From the NCBI GenBank assembly GCA_964512315.1, contig CAZEIK010000004.1, positions 8,198 through 72,197 of the forward strand: DNA of 64,000 bases, read 5' to 3'. Each line of letters starts with the position of its first letter. The stretch's first letter is position 1. Below are positions 41,486 to 49,409 of this stretch, one piece after another. The position numbers were made by a program, and so were the translations under genes. Origin of the DNA: an uncultured Candidatus Saccharibacteria bacterium (GTDB lineage: Bacteria > Patescibacteriota > Minisyncoccia > Phycocordibacterales > UBA5272). The notes beneath the pieces are model-generated. The model was not told the DNA's origin and did no database searches. It saw only the letters and a program-made list of their open reading frames with translations.

Positions 41486-43450
41486 TTAGAATCCTAATAA
41501 TGCATCTAGCGCTCGCGTAAATATTGCATCGCCTCCCAGCTTAGCCATCTCACCTTTAGGTAATCTAAAGAAATGTCTAATCATTGCAGATCTTCTTCTG
41601 CGCATCATACGACGAGCCTTCTTCATAAGCTTCTTCTTTAACTTGATTTCTTTTTCATTAGACTCAGGCATATCATTGATCCACTCTCTTGCCTTCGCAA
41701 TGTCTTCTTTAGGGTCACCGAGCGACTCGTTAACATTTTTCTGATCATGATAAGTGAGACCGCTCTTGTGTTTTTCAAAAGGTGTGTACAATTTTTGTAT
41801 CCATCCACCTTTTTCTTGTACAGCTTCTTGTTTAGCTTTGAATTCGAGCTTGCTATTAGCCTCCTCCATATTTATTTGTCTTATCTTGTCTTCAATCTTT
41901 TCAATAACCTCTTCTGCAGCATGGAGCTTCTCCATAACTTCTTTTTCTTTGGCGACTCTCTTTTTATCTACTGCTTCTTTTAATTTTGCTATGCGAGATT
42001 CGGCTTTGTCCAAAATGCTTCTAATCATTGTTCTGGTTGGCTCATTCTCAGGCGTATCAGGCAAAAGGTCTAATTCATCTTGAGCCTCTCTTACCGCTAT
42101 TTCTTCTGCATCTACTAAAATAGTAAATGTCGCCTTTTGCCCATCATCAAAGGACTTGCCTATATCCCTTTTATCACCTTCTTCTTTTACTTGTTTCTCT
42201 ATTAGTACAAGCCTATCAGAAATCTGTCTAGCATTTTCTCTCTGGTCTTTTGCCTCTGGTCTACCCTCAACTTTTTCTCTTAATTGAAAGATCAAGCTAG
42301 CCGCGAACCCTAACCTTCTCTCTAACTCGCTTATCTGTGCGGCAGTCTTTATATCTATTGGAGCTACTGCTGACATACCAAGAACCTTCTCTGTTAAAAG
42401 AGTTTGTATTTCTACCGACACAGCCTCTTGCGCAGCCAACTCATTAATAAATGGCTCCTTATCTGCGTCATCCAACTTCTTATCTTTTTTAAGTGCTTCT
42501 TCTAGTCTTGCTTTTACTTTTGATAAGTCCGCCTCCACTTTATCTAAGCCTTCATTAAGATGATTCCTGGTCTCTGCAAATTCATCGAAAGAATGCTCGA
42601 GCGCGTGCTCAACTCTTTTTAATAGTGGACCAGCACCATATGCAGCATCTCTAGATAAGAAAGCCTCCCAGTTCATCTCTTCTCCCGCAGGAACGTCTTC
42701 GAACTGTTTTCTAATTTTAAGAACTTGGTCCATTAGTCCTTTTTGCGCAGGGTCATCTACGTCTAACTTCATCTTGCCCTCCTTCTTGCCAAGCTTCTTA
42801 GCGTTACCAATTGCTGCCGCATACTCATACAACACACCCTCAAGCTCCACAGCGAACAACTCTTTCTCCGCATCCGAAATACTGCCGCCATGCGCAGCAG
42901 ATTCTATTCTCTTCATTAATGTTACGAGCTTGGTAAGAGATGTGCCTAATGTTCCGGTTACATCCCTAAGAAGCTCAGCTTTCTTTTTCGCTAAGGCTTC
43001 TGGACTACCGTTTTCAATACTTTTCCAAACTGAAGCAAAATCCAAATCATACTCTCTTCTTTTTGCTTCTAAAAACTTATTGATATCAGTTTTGAGTGTC
43101 ACCAACCCAGCCGAGTCAGCCCTCTTTTGATCTTCATTAAGACTGGCGTCAGATCTAACATTTTCTTCCGCGGTAGATATACTACTAAAAACACTCTGGA
43201 CATTATTTAAAAGGCCTTCAATACCTATCAGAATTTGAGTCCTAGCATCTTCTTCACTTATTTCTTTTGCGTCTACTTTTCCTTTATTTTCTTTTAGAAG
43301 AGTAGCCAAACTTGTCCCGAAAGCATTAATTTGATTTTCATAATTTCTTCTAGCTTCTTTTGTATGCGGGCCTCCTTCTGGTTGTTTCTTTTTTTTATTG
43401 CCTGGATTGTTGCTTGGATTATTCTGTTGTGGTGCTCCTCCTAATGCCAT
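41486..43450 (-). CDS. Large hypothetical coiled-coil protein (654 aa)
   Basis: Long ORF, E/K/A/L-rich helical composition, disordered N-terminus, basic C-terminal patch; no recognised domain. Confidence 0.8.
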   Translation of the reverse strand: MALGGAPQQNNPSNNPGNKKKKQPEGGPHTKEARRNYENQINAFGTSLATLLKENKGKVDAKEISEEDARTQILIGIEGLLNNVQSVFSSISTAEENVRSDASLNEDQKRADSAGLVTLKTDINKFLEAKRREYDLDFASVWKSIENGSPEALAKKKAELLRDVTGTLGTSLTKLVTLMKRIESAAHGGSISDAEKELFAVELEGVLYEYAAAIGNAKKLGKKEGKMKLDVDDPAQKGLMDQVLKIRKQFEDVPAGEEMNWEAFLSRDAAYGAGPLLKRVEHALEHSFDEFAETRNHLNEGLDKVEADLSKVKARLEEALKKDKKLDDADKEPFINELAAQEAVSVEIQTLLTEKVLGMSAVAPIDIKTAAQISELERRLGFAASLIFQLREKVEGRPEAKDQRENARQISDRLVLIEKQVKEEGDKRDIGKSFDDGQKATFTILVDAEEIAVREAQDELDLLPDTPENEPTRTMIRSILDKAESRIAKLKEAVDKKRVAKEKEVMEKLHAAEEVIEKIEDKIRQINMEEANSKLEFKAKQEAVQEKGGWIQKLYTPFEKHKSGLTYHDQKNVNESLGDPKEDIAKAREWINDMPESNEKEIKLKKKLMKKARRMMRRRRSAMIRHFFRLPKGEMAKLGGDAIFTRALDALLGF

Positions 43451-43479
43451 ATATTAGAAAGTATATCACAAGCAAAATG

Positions 43480-43923
43480 TTAAGCTCTAGGTTTTTTACA
43501 CTTTGGAGTCTTACACATACACCCCTTCTCGGCTATGTATTCGTCAAAGAATTCTTGTCCATAGTCATACACTATCTCGTCTCCTGCTTGTATATTTTTC
43601 CTAGCTACTATAAACACGCGACCTTTCTTGATCTCACTCTCAGCATTACCATCACAGCTGTGGTTACAATATCTTGCTATATTCCATCTTGGTGATCCGT
43701 CTATTGTCTTGTCGCGGTGTATTTCAAATAGATACATATTCGGCTTGGCCTCGCGTGAGTCTTTGCCTAACAAAATATTACCTGTGTACTCGATAATAAC
43801 CTCACCCTTTTTAATATCCTCATCGGCGAAAAGCCCGAGTCCGTCTATACCACGCCTCGCTTTTACTTTTTTAAATATATGATTCCTGTCGGCCTTACTT
43901 AACTTTGACTGTGTTTTTTGCAT
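43480..43923 (-). CDS. SET-domain protein-lysine methyltransferase
   Basis: GLGLFA, IIEYTG, RYCNHSC..N, EIVYDY, post-SET CMCKTPKC; probable start ATG at 43923. Confidence 0.93.
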   Translation of the reverse strand: MQKTQSKLSKADRNHIFKKVKARRGIDGLGLFADEDIKKGEVIIEYTGNILLGKDSREAKPNMYLFEIHRDKTIDGSPRWNIARYCNHSCDGNAESEIKKGRVFIVARKNIQAGDEIVYDYGQEFFDEYIAEKGCMCKTPKCKKPRA

Positions 43924-43965
43924 TTTGTTGTATATTTGTATCACAAAACTTAACACTTTCAAAAT

Positions 43966-44250
43966 TTATGGCCAAAAAATAGGATCCCTACTTTGGTGTA
44001 TAACTTTTAAAATTCTAACCTCTTTATTTTTTATTTCATAAAATATACAAAATGGAAAGTTTATAAAGTTAATTCTTCTTACGTCGTCATATCTTGTACG
44101 ATACATTGCTGGCTGAGATGACAGACTACTCTCTATTTTTAACAACTCTAATTTAAAATTATTTAAGACTTTAATATCTATATTTTTATAGAATAAAATT
44201 ATATCCAGTAAATCATTCCTAGATATCTCGTTATAGACAACTTTATACAT
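43966..44250 (-). CDS. RelE/ParE family toxin
   Basis: 94 aa: MYKVVY...S.NDL.DI..FY, P.MY, RR....FPF.IFY.I, V.IL.V.HQSRDP. Confidence 0.85.
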   Translation of the reverse strand: MYKVVYNEISRNDLLDIILFYKNIDIKVLNNFKLELLKIESSLSSQPAMYRTRYDDVRRINFINFPFCIFYEIKNKEVRILKVIHQSRDPIFWP

Positions 44251-44260
44251 TTAAAATGAA

Positions 44261-44410
44261 TTATAGACCAAGACTAGAAAAAATATCTTTACTGCTATAC
44301 TTTTTAGAATTCTTTTTAGAGAACAAAGCCCTAGAAATCTCAACTTCTTTTTTGAGGCTACTCGAAATTTTTTGTATAAAAACCTCAACTTTTGAACTTT
44401 GTTTTAACAT
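44261..44410 (-). CDS. Putative antitoxin, 49 aa (not in ORF track)
   Basis: MLKQSSKVEVFIQKISSSLKKEVEISRALFSKKNSKKYSSKDIFSSLGL*; ends 10 nt before the toxin ATG on the same strand; alternative ATG at 44416. Confidence 0.6.
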   Translation of the reverse strand: MLKQSSKVEVFIQKISSSLKKEVEISRALFSKKNSKKYSSKDIFSSLGL

Positions 44411-44445
44411 ATACATATTATAGCATATTTGATATTATAGTTAAC

Positions 44446-46635
44446 ATGAACAAAGATATAGAAAATCTAAAGAAGCCATACGAGGCTAAGTCAGTCGAAG
44501 CGGACATATACGAAGCTTGGCAGAAGTCAGGATATTTCACTCCAGAAAACTTGCCTAATGTAAAAAAGGATGCCGACGGCAAAGAAAAAGCTTATACAAT
44601 AATACTACCACCGCCAAATGTTACAGGTACACTGCATTGTGGACACGCCCTTATGCTTGCAATAGAAGACTCATTGGTAAGATTCAAAAGAATGAACGGA
44701 TACAGAACTCTGTGGCTACCAGGTACAGATCACGCTGCCATATCTACACAATCAGTTGTCGAGAAGAAAATATACAAAGAGGAAGGCAAAACTAGACATG
44801 ACCTTGGGCGTGAAGAAATGATGAAGAGAATCAATTCTTTTGCTATGGAGTCACAAAGCACAATAATATCTCAGTTTAAAGATATGGGTGCGTCACTAGA
44901 TTGGACAAGGTTAGCTTTTACTTTAGACGACACTAGGAATCGTGCGGTTAATACAATGTTCAAAAAGATGTATGACGACGGACTAGTATACAAAGGCAAC
45001 CGAATCGTAAACTGGGACCCGAAAGGACAAACAACAATATCAGACGATGAGATTGTATATGTAGAAGAAAAAACTAAATTTTACTATTTTAAATATGGAC
45101 CATTTGTAATTGGTACAGCGAGACCAGAGACAAAATTTGGAGACAAGTATGTAGTAATGAACCCTAACGACAAAAGATACGACCAATATAAACACGGCGA
45201 CAAGTTAACTGTCGAATGGATTAATGGACCTATTGAGGCAACTATTATAAAAGATGAGTCAGTTGATCCAGAATTTGGAACAGGAGTAATGACCATAACA
45301 CCTTGGCACTCTGTCGTTGACTTTGAGTTGGCACAAAAATACAACTTAGAATACGAGCAAATCATAGATAAATACGGAAAGCTTCTACCTATTGCAGAAG
45401 AATTTGCTGGCACAAAAATAAAAGAAGCTCGTGAAAAAATAGTAGAGAAATTAGCGAACAAAGGACTCTTGGTTAATAAAGATGGTCAAACTATAACAAT
45501 AGAGCAAATAGAAGACTATACACATAATATATCTACAGCTGAAAGAACTGGTGGAATAATCGAGCCTCAAATAATGAAGCAATGGTTCGTAGCAGTAAAC
45601 AAAGAGTTTGACCACTTTGGTAACAAAACTACACTTAAGAAACTAATGCACGAAGCTGTCTCTCTCGGTGAGATAAAAATAATGCCTGAGAGATACGACA
45701 AGGTTTATCATCACTGGATAGACAATCTGCGAGACTGGTGTATTAGTCGCCAAATATGGTACGGTCATCGTGTTCCAGTGTGGTACGACGAGAGCGACAA
45801 CATAGTTGCGGTAGGAGAAAATCCAAACAACGACAAATACAAACAAGATGAGGATACGCTAGATACTTGGTACTCAAGTGGTATGTGGACATTCTCTACT
45901 CTTGGCTGGCCTGATGCGACACCTGACTTTATCAAATACCACCCTACTGACGTACTTGAAACTGGTTACGACATACTCTTTTTCTGGGTTGCACGCATGA
46001 TACTATTCTCTACTTACGCTCTTAACCAAGTTCCATTTAAAAATGTTTATCTACATGGACTAGTTCTGGATGCCAAGGGTAAGAAAATGAGTAAGTCTGT
46101 TGGTAATGTATTAGACCCTCGTGACATGATAGAAAAATTTGGAACTGACGCTCTTCGTATGGGATTAATGGTTGGTAATGGTGTTGGTAATGATTTAAAA
46201 TTATCCGAAGATAAAGTCAAAGCTTACAAGCTTTTCGCCAACAAGATATGGAATGCGGCGAGGTTCGTAATGGAAAAGACCGAAGGGTACAAAGAAGTAG
46301 AATTAACAACCGAAGATAAGGCTTTGTATGATTCTTGGCAAGAAAAGCTGAGAGACATAACTAGTGACATAGAAGAATTCAGGCTACACCTTGCTAGTGA
46401 AAAGTTGTACGACTATTTCTGGAAGACTTTCTGTGATCAAATAATCGAAACACACAAGAAACGCATCATGGACAATGTTGACGCAGACTCTGCCAAGACA
46501 CTGCTACGCACAATACTACGTGAGAACATTGTCGCCCTACATCCATTCATGCCATTTATAACAGAAGAGTTGTGGAAATACGCCGGCAACAGCGATAACT
46601 TGCTGATAATACAACCTTGGCCTATCCACAGTTAA
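44446..46635 (+). CDS. valS: Valine--tRNA ligase (compact)
   Basis: PPPNVTG.LHCGH, GTDHAAI, DWCISRQ.W.GH, KMSKS; probable start ATG at 44446 (MNKDIENL). Confidence 0.97.
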   Translation: MNKDIENLKKPYEAKSVEADIYEAWQKSGYFTPENLPNVKKDADGKEKAYTIILPPPNVTGTLHCGHALMLAIEDSLVRFKRMNGYRTLWLPGTDHAAISTQSVVEKKIYKEEGKTRHDLGREEMMKRINSFAMESQSTIISQFKDMGASLDWTRLAFTLDDTRNRAVNTMFKKMYDDGLVYKGNRIVNWDPKGQTTISDDEIVYVEEKTKFYYFKYGPFVIGTARPETKFGDKYVVMNPNDKRYDQYKHGDKLTVEWINGPIEATIIKDESVDPEFGTGVMTITPWHSVVDFELAQKYNLEYEQIIDKYGKLLPIAEEFAGTKIKEAREKIVEKLANKGLLVNKDGQTITIEQIEDYTHNISTAERTGGIIEPQIMKQWFVAVNKEFDHFGNKTTLKKLMHEAVSLGEIKIMPERYDKVYHHWIDNLRDWCISRQIWYGHRVPVWYDESDNIVAVGENPNNDKYKQDEDTLDTWYSSGMWTFSTLGWPDATPDFIKYHPTDVLETGYDILFFWVARMILFSTYALNQVPFKNVYLHGLVLDAKGKKMSKSVGNVLDPRDMIEKFGTDALRMGLMVGNGVGNDLKLSEDKVKAYKLFANKIWNAARFVMEKTEGYKEVELTTEDKALYDSWQEKLRDITSDIEEFRLHLASEKLYDYFWKTFCDQIIETHKKRIMDNVDADSAKTLLRTILRENIVALHPFMPFITEELWKYAGNSDNLLIIQPWPIHS

Positions 46636-46705
46636 AAATAGTATTTGTCTAGTAAGTGGTGAAATTTGTTTTATACTACAAGTATTAAAATAAATTTATT
46701 TCACC

Positions 46706-47245
46706 ATGCTTAAAGACAAAAAAACTTTTTTTGAGAGACTCGCTGGCTCTATAACTGTTGAGGATGACGATGACGAAGTTGTAGACATTAACAACGAGGA
46801 TTTTGACGAAGAAGTTGAGGAGTTACCAGTCAAATCCTCAACTCGCCGTGCACCAGCCGCAACTACAACCAAGAGGCCAGTACACGCAACCGTTGAAGAT
46901 GAGTACGAAGAAGAGGAAGGTGAATTATCAGTCGACGTATATCAGACACAAAATGAAATAATAATCGAAGCCATGGTAGCTGGTGTTAAGCCAGAAGACC
47001 TTCATCTATCTATTACTCGCGACATGGTTACAATCAAGGGTCGCCGTGAAGCTAATGGCCAGATAGCAGATGATGATTATTTCTATCGCGAGCTATACTG
47101 GGGTAACTTTTCTCGCACCATACTACTACCGCATGAGATAGAAATAGAAGAGGCGGAGGCAGTTGAAAAGCATGGACTACTTATAATCAGAATGCCAAAG
47201 GTAGACAAAGCAAGACAAGCCAAGATCAAAGTTAAAAGTATATAG
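46706..47245 (+). CDS. Hsp20/alpha-crystallin family protein with acidic N-terminal extension
   Basis: VDVYQT..EIII.A.VAGV, E.YWG.FSR.I.LP, GLL.I..PK. Confidence 0.92.
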   Translation: MLKDKKTFFERLAGSITVEDDDDEVVDINNEDFDEEVEELPVKSSTRRAPAATTTKRPVHATVEDEYEEEEGELSVDVYQTQNEIIIEAMVAGVKPEDLHLSITRDMVTIKGRREANGQIADDDYFYRELYWGNFSRTILLPHEIEIEEAEAVEKHGLLIIRMPKVDKARQAKIKVKSI

Positions 47246-47283
47246 AAAATAAAATCTCTCACATCAGTGAGAGATTTTATTTT
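47246..47283. terminator. Bidirectional terminator between hsp20 and tRNA-Phe
   Basis: AAAATAAAATCTCTCAC-ATCA-GTGAGAGATTTTATTTT. Confidence 0.85.
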
Positions 47284-47284
47284 G

Positions 47285-47360
47285 TGGTGCTTGGACCCAG
47301 GCTCGAACTGGGGACCTATTCCTCTTCAGGGAAGCGCTCTACCAACTGAGCTATCCAAGC
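47285..47360 (-). tRNA. tRNA-Phe (GAA), CCA encoded
   Basis: GCTTGGATAGCTCAGTTGGTAGAGCGCTTCC-CTGAAGA-GGAATAGGTCCCAGTTCGAGCCCTGGGTCCAAGCACCA. Confidence 0.92.
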
Positions 47361-47382
47361 TTCCCCAACATAATATCACAAA

Positions 47383-47667
47383 TTAATTCGTATTTAAAGA
47401 GGTAAAAAACTCTTTGAATCTAGAGACAATAGGAACAACTTCACTGAATCTACTGACAGCGTCATCTGTTGCATGTGTGTCTCCAGTAAAAATATCCATG
47501 ATCGGTTGCAAGTAGTAGTAAGCACCAAAAACAAAACCGAGTACCACTACCCAATACACAGTCTTCATCGCTAGCCCAACATTAGCATGTGTCTTAAGTG
47601 AGCGGAGCATCTTATTGTTCTCCTTGGTTAGCTTGAGCAGCTCTTCAATTTGTTCTTGATTGTTCAT
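47383..47667 (-). CDS. Hypothetical small membrane protein
   Basis: MNNQEQIEELLKLTKENNKML...YWVVVLG..FGAYYYLQP; start moved to 47667 because the longer ORF overlaps tRNA-Arg. Confidence 0.78.
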   Translation of the reverse strand: MNNQEQIEELLKLTKENNKMLRSLKTHANVGLAMKTVYWVVVLGFVFGAYYYLQPIMDIFTGDTHATDDAVSRFSEVVPIVSRFKEFFTSLNTN

Positions 47668-47688
47668 GTGATATAGTATAGCGATATT

Positions 47689-47760
47689 GCCCTCGTAGTT
47701 CAATGGATAGAACAGTCCCGTCCTAAGGGATTGATGTGGGTTCGATTCCTGCCGAGGGCA
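47689..47760 (+). tRNA. tRNA-Arg (CCT); CCA not encoded
   Basis: GCCCTCG-TA-GTTCAATGGATAGAAC-A-GTCCC-GTCCTAA-GGGAT-TGAT-GTGGG-TTCGATT-CCTGC-CGAGGGC-A. Confidence 0.93.
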
Positions 47761-47811
47761 CAAAAGACAAAACACCCATCTAACACAGTGATGGGTGTTT
47801 TGTCTTTTGTG
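47759..47811 (+). terminator. Long hairpin/terminator after tRNA-Arg
   Basis: CACAAAAGACAAAACACCCATC-TAACACAGT-GATGGGTGTTTTGTCTTTTGTG, 22-bp perfect stem. Confidence 0.75.
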
Positions 47812-47999
47812 ATATTTAGGAGTAAGACACCTAAGTGTCTTACGTCAGGAATCGAATACGGGGTCGCGAAATAAGGAGTGAAGCGACTATATTTTGTGAC
47901 CGAATTTCCTGCCGACATAAAATATAAAAATAAAAAACGGCCTCCTTGTGGGAAGCCGGTTTGTGGGACTCAGCGTTGTTCCGCCGAGCTTTGTTCTGG

Positions 48000-48452
48000 C
48001 TACGTCAGCGTATAGCTGGCGGTAGCCGGTTGATTTTGCGCCCGGGCCTCGTTCGGCGTGCTCGCCGTTGCCCAGGATCCGTTCACGGCTGTCGTGTAGT
48101 AGCTCGATGCGTACACCGACTTGGAGCTGTCGACCTGACCGGTGTCGAAGCGTGAAGCCTTCTGTTCGCCGGTGGTGCCGGCGCTACCGTAGAAGCTGAT
48201 CACTGTCGGCACAACGGTCCACCCGGAAGCCGTTACGTTGGCGGTCTGATCGTTCAGGCCTTCGTTGCACGCACCTTGTTGCACCGAGCCCGTCGAGACG
48301 TTGATCGTGTCGAAAGCGGCTTCTTGCGCATTCAGCGCGACGGCGGGTTCGGTCGAGAGCTTCGTGATACCGGCAACGGAAGCGTTCGCAGGACCAGCGA
48401 TGCACAGTGCGGCAGCGGCCAATGAGGCCGCGAGTGACAATTTCAACTTCAT
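48000..48452 (-). CDS. Secreted hypothetical protein encoded by a high-GC gene
   Basis: Signal peptide ending ANA-S, Thr/Ser/Ala-rich; about 60% GC by manual count of a sample line; SD AGGAG 7 nt upstream. Confidence 0.8.
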   Translation of the reverse strand: MKLKLSLAASLAAAALCIAGPANASVAGITKLSTEPAVALNAQEAAFDTINVSTGSVQQGACNEGLNDQTANVTASGWTVVPTVISFYGSAGTTGEQKASRFDTGQVDSSKSVYASSYYTTAVNGSWATASTPNEARAQNQPATASYTLT

Positions 48453-48528
48453 AACGTATCTCCTAGGAGTTGGTTGATTGTGGCAAGCACGGTTCTGATA
48501 TTGCTAACCATGTACAAGTCCACTATTA

Positions 48529-48557
48529 ATAATACACCCTAATCTAAATATTTGCAA
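48529..48557 (-). promoter_or_regulatory. Sigma70-type promoter of the high-GC gene
   Basis: TTGCAA-17 nt-TATTAT on the minus strand. Confidence 0.6.
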
Positions 48558-48565
48558 ATATTGTC

Positions 48566-48606
48566 AAAAGAAAAGGTGGCCCGCGAAGCGGGCCACCTTT
48601 TCTTTT
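48566..48606. terminator. Intrinsic terminator after glutaredoxin gene
   Basis: AAAAGAAAAGGTGGCCCGC-GAA-GCGGGCCACCTTTTCTTTT. Confidence 0.88.
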
Positions 48607-48614
48607 CTGTTTTC

Positions 48615-48860
48615 TTAACCTTTTATATTTAGTAGCTCCTCCAGTTTTGGCTGATTGAAGCCGATAACCACATCATTACCAATCTTGATAACTGGCACAC
48701 CCATTTGACCAGTCATCTCTAACACCTCTTTTCTGCGCTCAAGGTCAGCAGCAACATCATGATCAACAAATTTTACATTGTTAGCTGTAAACCAATCTTT
48801 GGCCATATGGCAAAAGTGACATGTTGGAGTGCTGTAAATTTCTACTACTGTATCGTTCAT
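48615..48860 (-). CDS. Glutaredoxin-like protein (NrdH/YruB family)
   Basis: YSTPTCHFC, GQMGVPVI, IGF. Confidence 0.92.
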   Translation of the reverse strand: MNDTVVEIYSTPTCHFCHMAKDWFTANNVKFVDHDVAADLERRKEVLEMTGQMGVPVIKIGNDVVIGFNQPKLEELLNIKG

Positions 48861-48875
48861 ATACAGCTGAGTTTA

Positions 48876-49283
48876 CTAAAAGTTAGTATAAGTTGCAAAT
48901 ATATACTTTATGCTATTAAAAACTTTAATATAAGTAGGCAGCTCGGTCGAGAGGACTTGTACCGGTGAAGAAGTTGGATCGTATAGAATCACGACTTTCT
49001 CGCCATCTTTGGCAACTGGCATGTTGTTACGCAGATACTCCTCTTGCCCTCTGTCTGTATTTAAAAATTCATATTCCCCTTGTCTCTTGCTTAACTTAGC
49101 ACTAACCACATCTCTCTCCGTCTTAGCACCTGAGAGCCTCTCACTTAGCTGACTCCATTTGGACAAAAATTGCAAAGACTCAATACAAAAATATATAGTC
49201 AAAAGTAAAAATAGTATTCCAGTTAGCTTAGAATATTTAATTATTTTCCAAATTTTCTTTTGTTGATAGGAAGACATTAACAT
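48876..49283 (-). CDS. Septum formation initiator (FtsB/DivIC-like) protein
   Basis: TM, coiled coil, G.EEYLR...AK.GE.VV pattern; start adjusted to ATG 49283. Confidence 0.65.
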   Translation of the reverse strand: MLMSSYQQKKIWKIIKYSKLTGILFLLLTIYFCIESLQFLSKWSQLSERLSGAKTERDVVSAKLSKRQGEYEFLNTDRGQEEYLRNNMPVAKDGEKVVILYDPTSSPVQVLSTELPTYIKVFNSIKYIFATYTNF

Positions 49284-49298
49284 GATATAGTGTACAGC

Positions 49299-49409
49299 AT
49301 GTTTTACAGACCTCAAAACCAAAAGATAATCCGTGCTGTATTTGCAGTTATTTCAATACTGATGATGATTGGATTAATCGCGTCTTACTTCCTAGCTTTC
49401 TTCCGCTAA
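49299..49409 (+). CDS. Small single-TM protein, 36 aa (not in ORF track)
   Basis: MFYRPQNQKIIRAVFAVISILMMIGLIASYFLAFFR*; basic N-terminus plus TM; stop overlaps lepA stop by 4 nt. Confidence 0.6.
   Translation: MFYRPQNQKIIRAVFAVISILMMIGLIASYFLAFFR

Noticed and set aside
47285-47360. Apparent 8-nt T-loop in tRNA-Phe
   Set aside because: Depends on C/G homopolymer lengths that could be a consensus error; not verifiable without reads.
47668-47918. N-terminal extension of ORF 47383..47775 and ORF 47700..47918
   Set aside because: Antisense to tRNA-Arg and its trailer; the real start is most likely 47667.
47946-48477. Alternative ORFs in the high-GC patch (47946..48155, 48184..48405, 48265..48477)
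   Set aside because: Expected by-products of high GC; only 48000..48452 has an SD, promoter and signal peptide.
47689-48560. Prophage or integrative element at tRNA-Arg
   Set aside because: No integrase or phage gene; the only tRNA-like repeat is 10 bp and lies before, not after, the high-GC gene.
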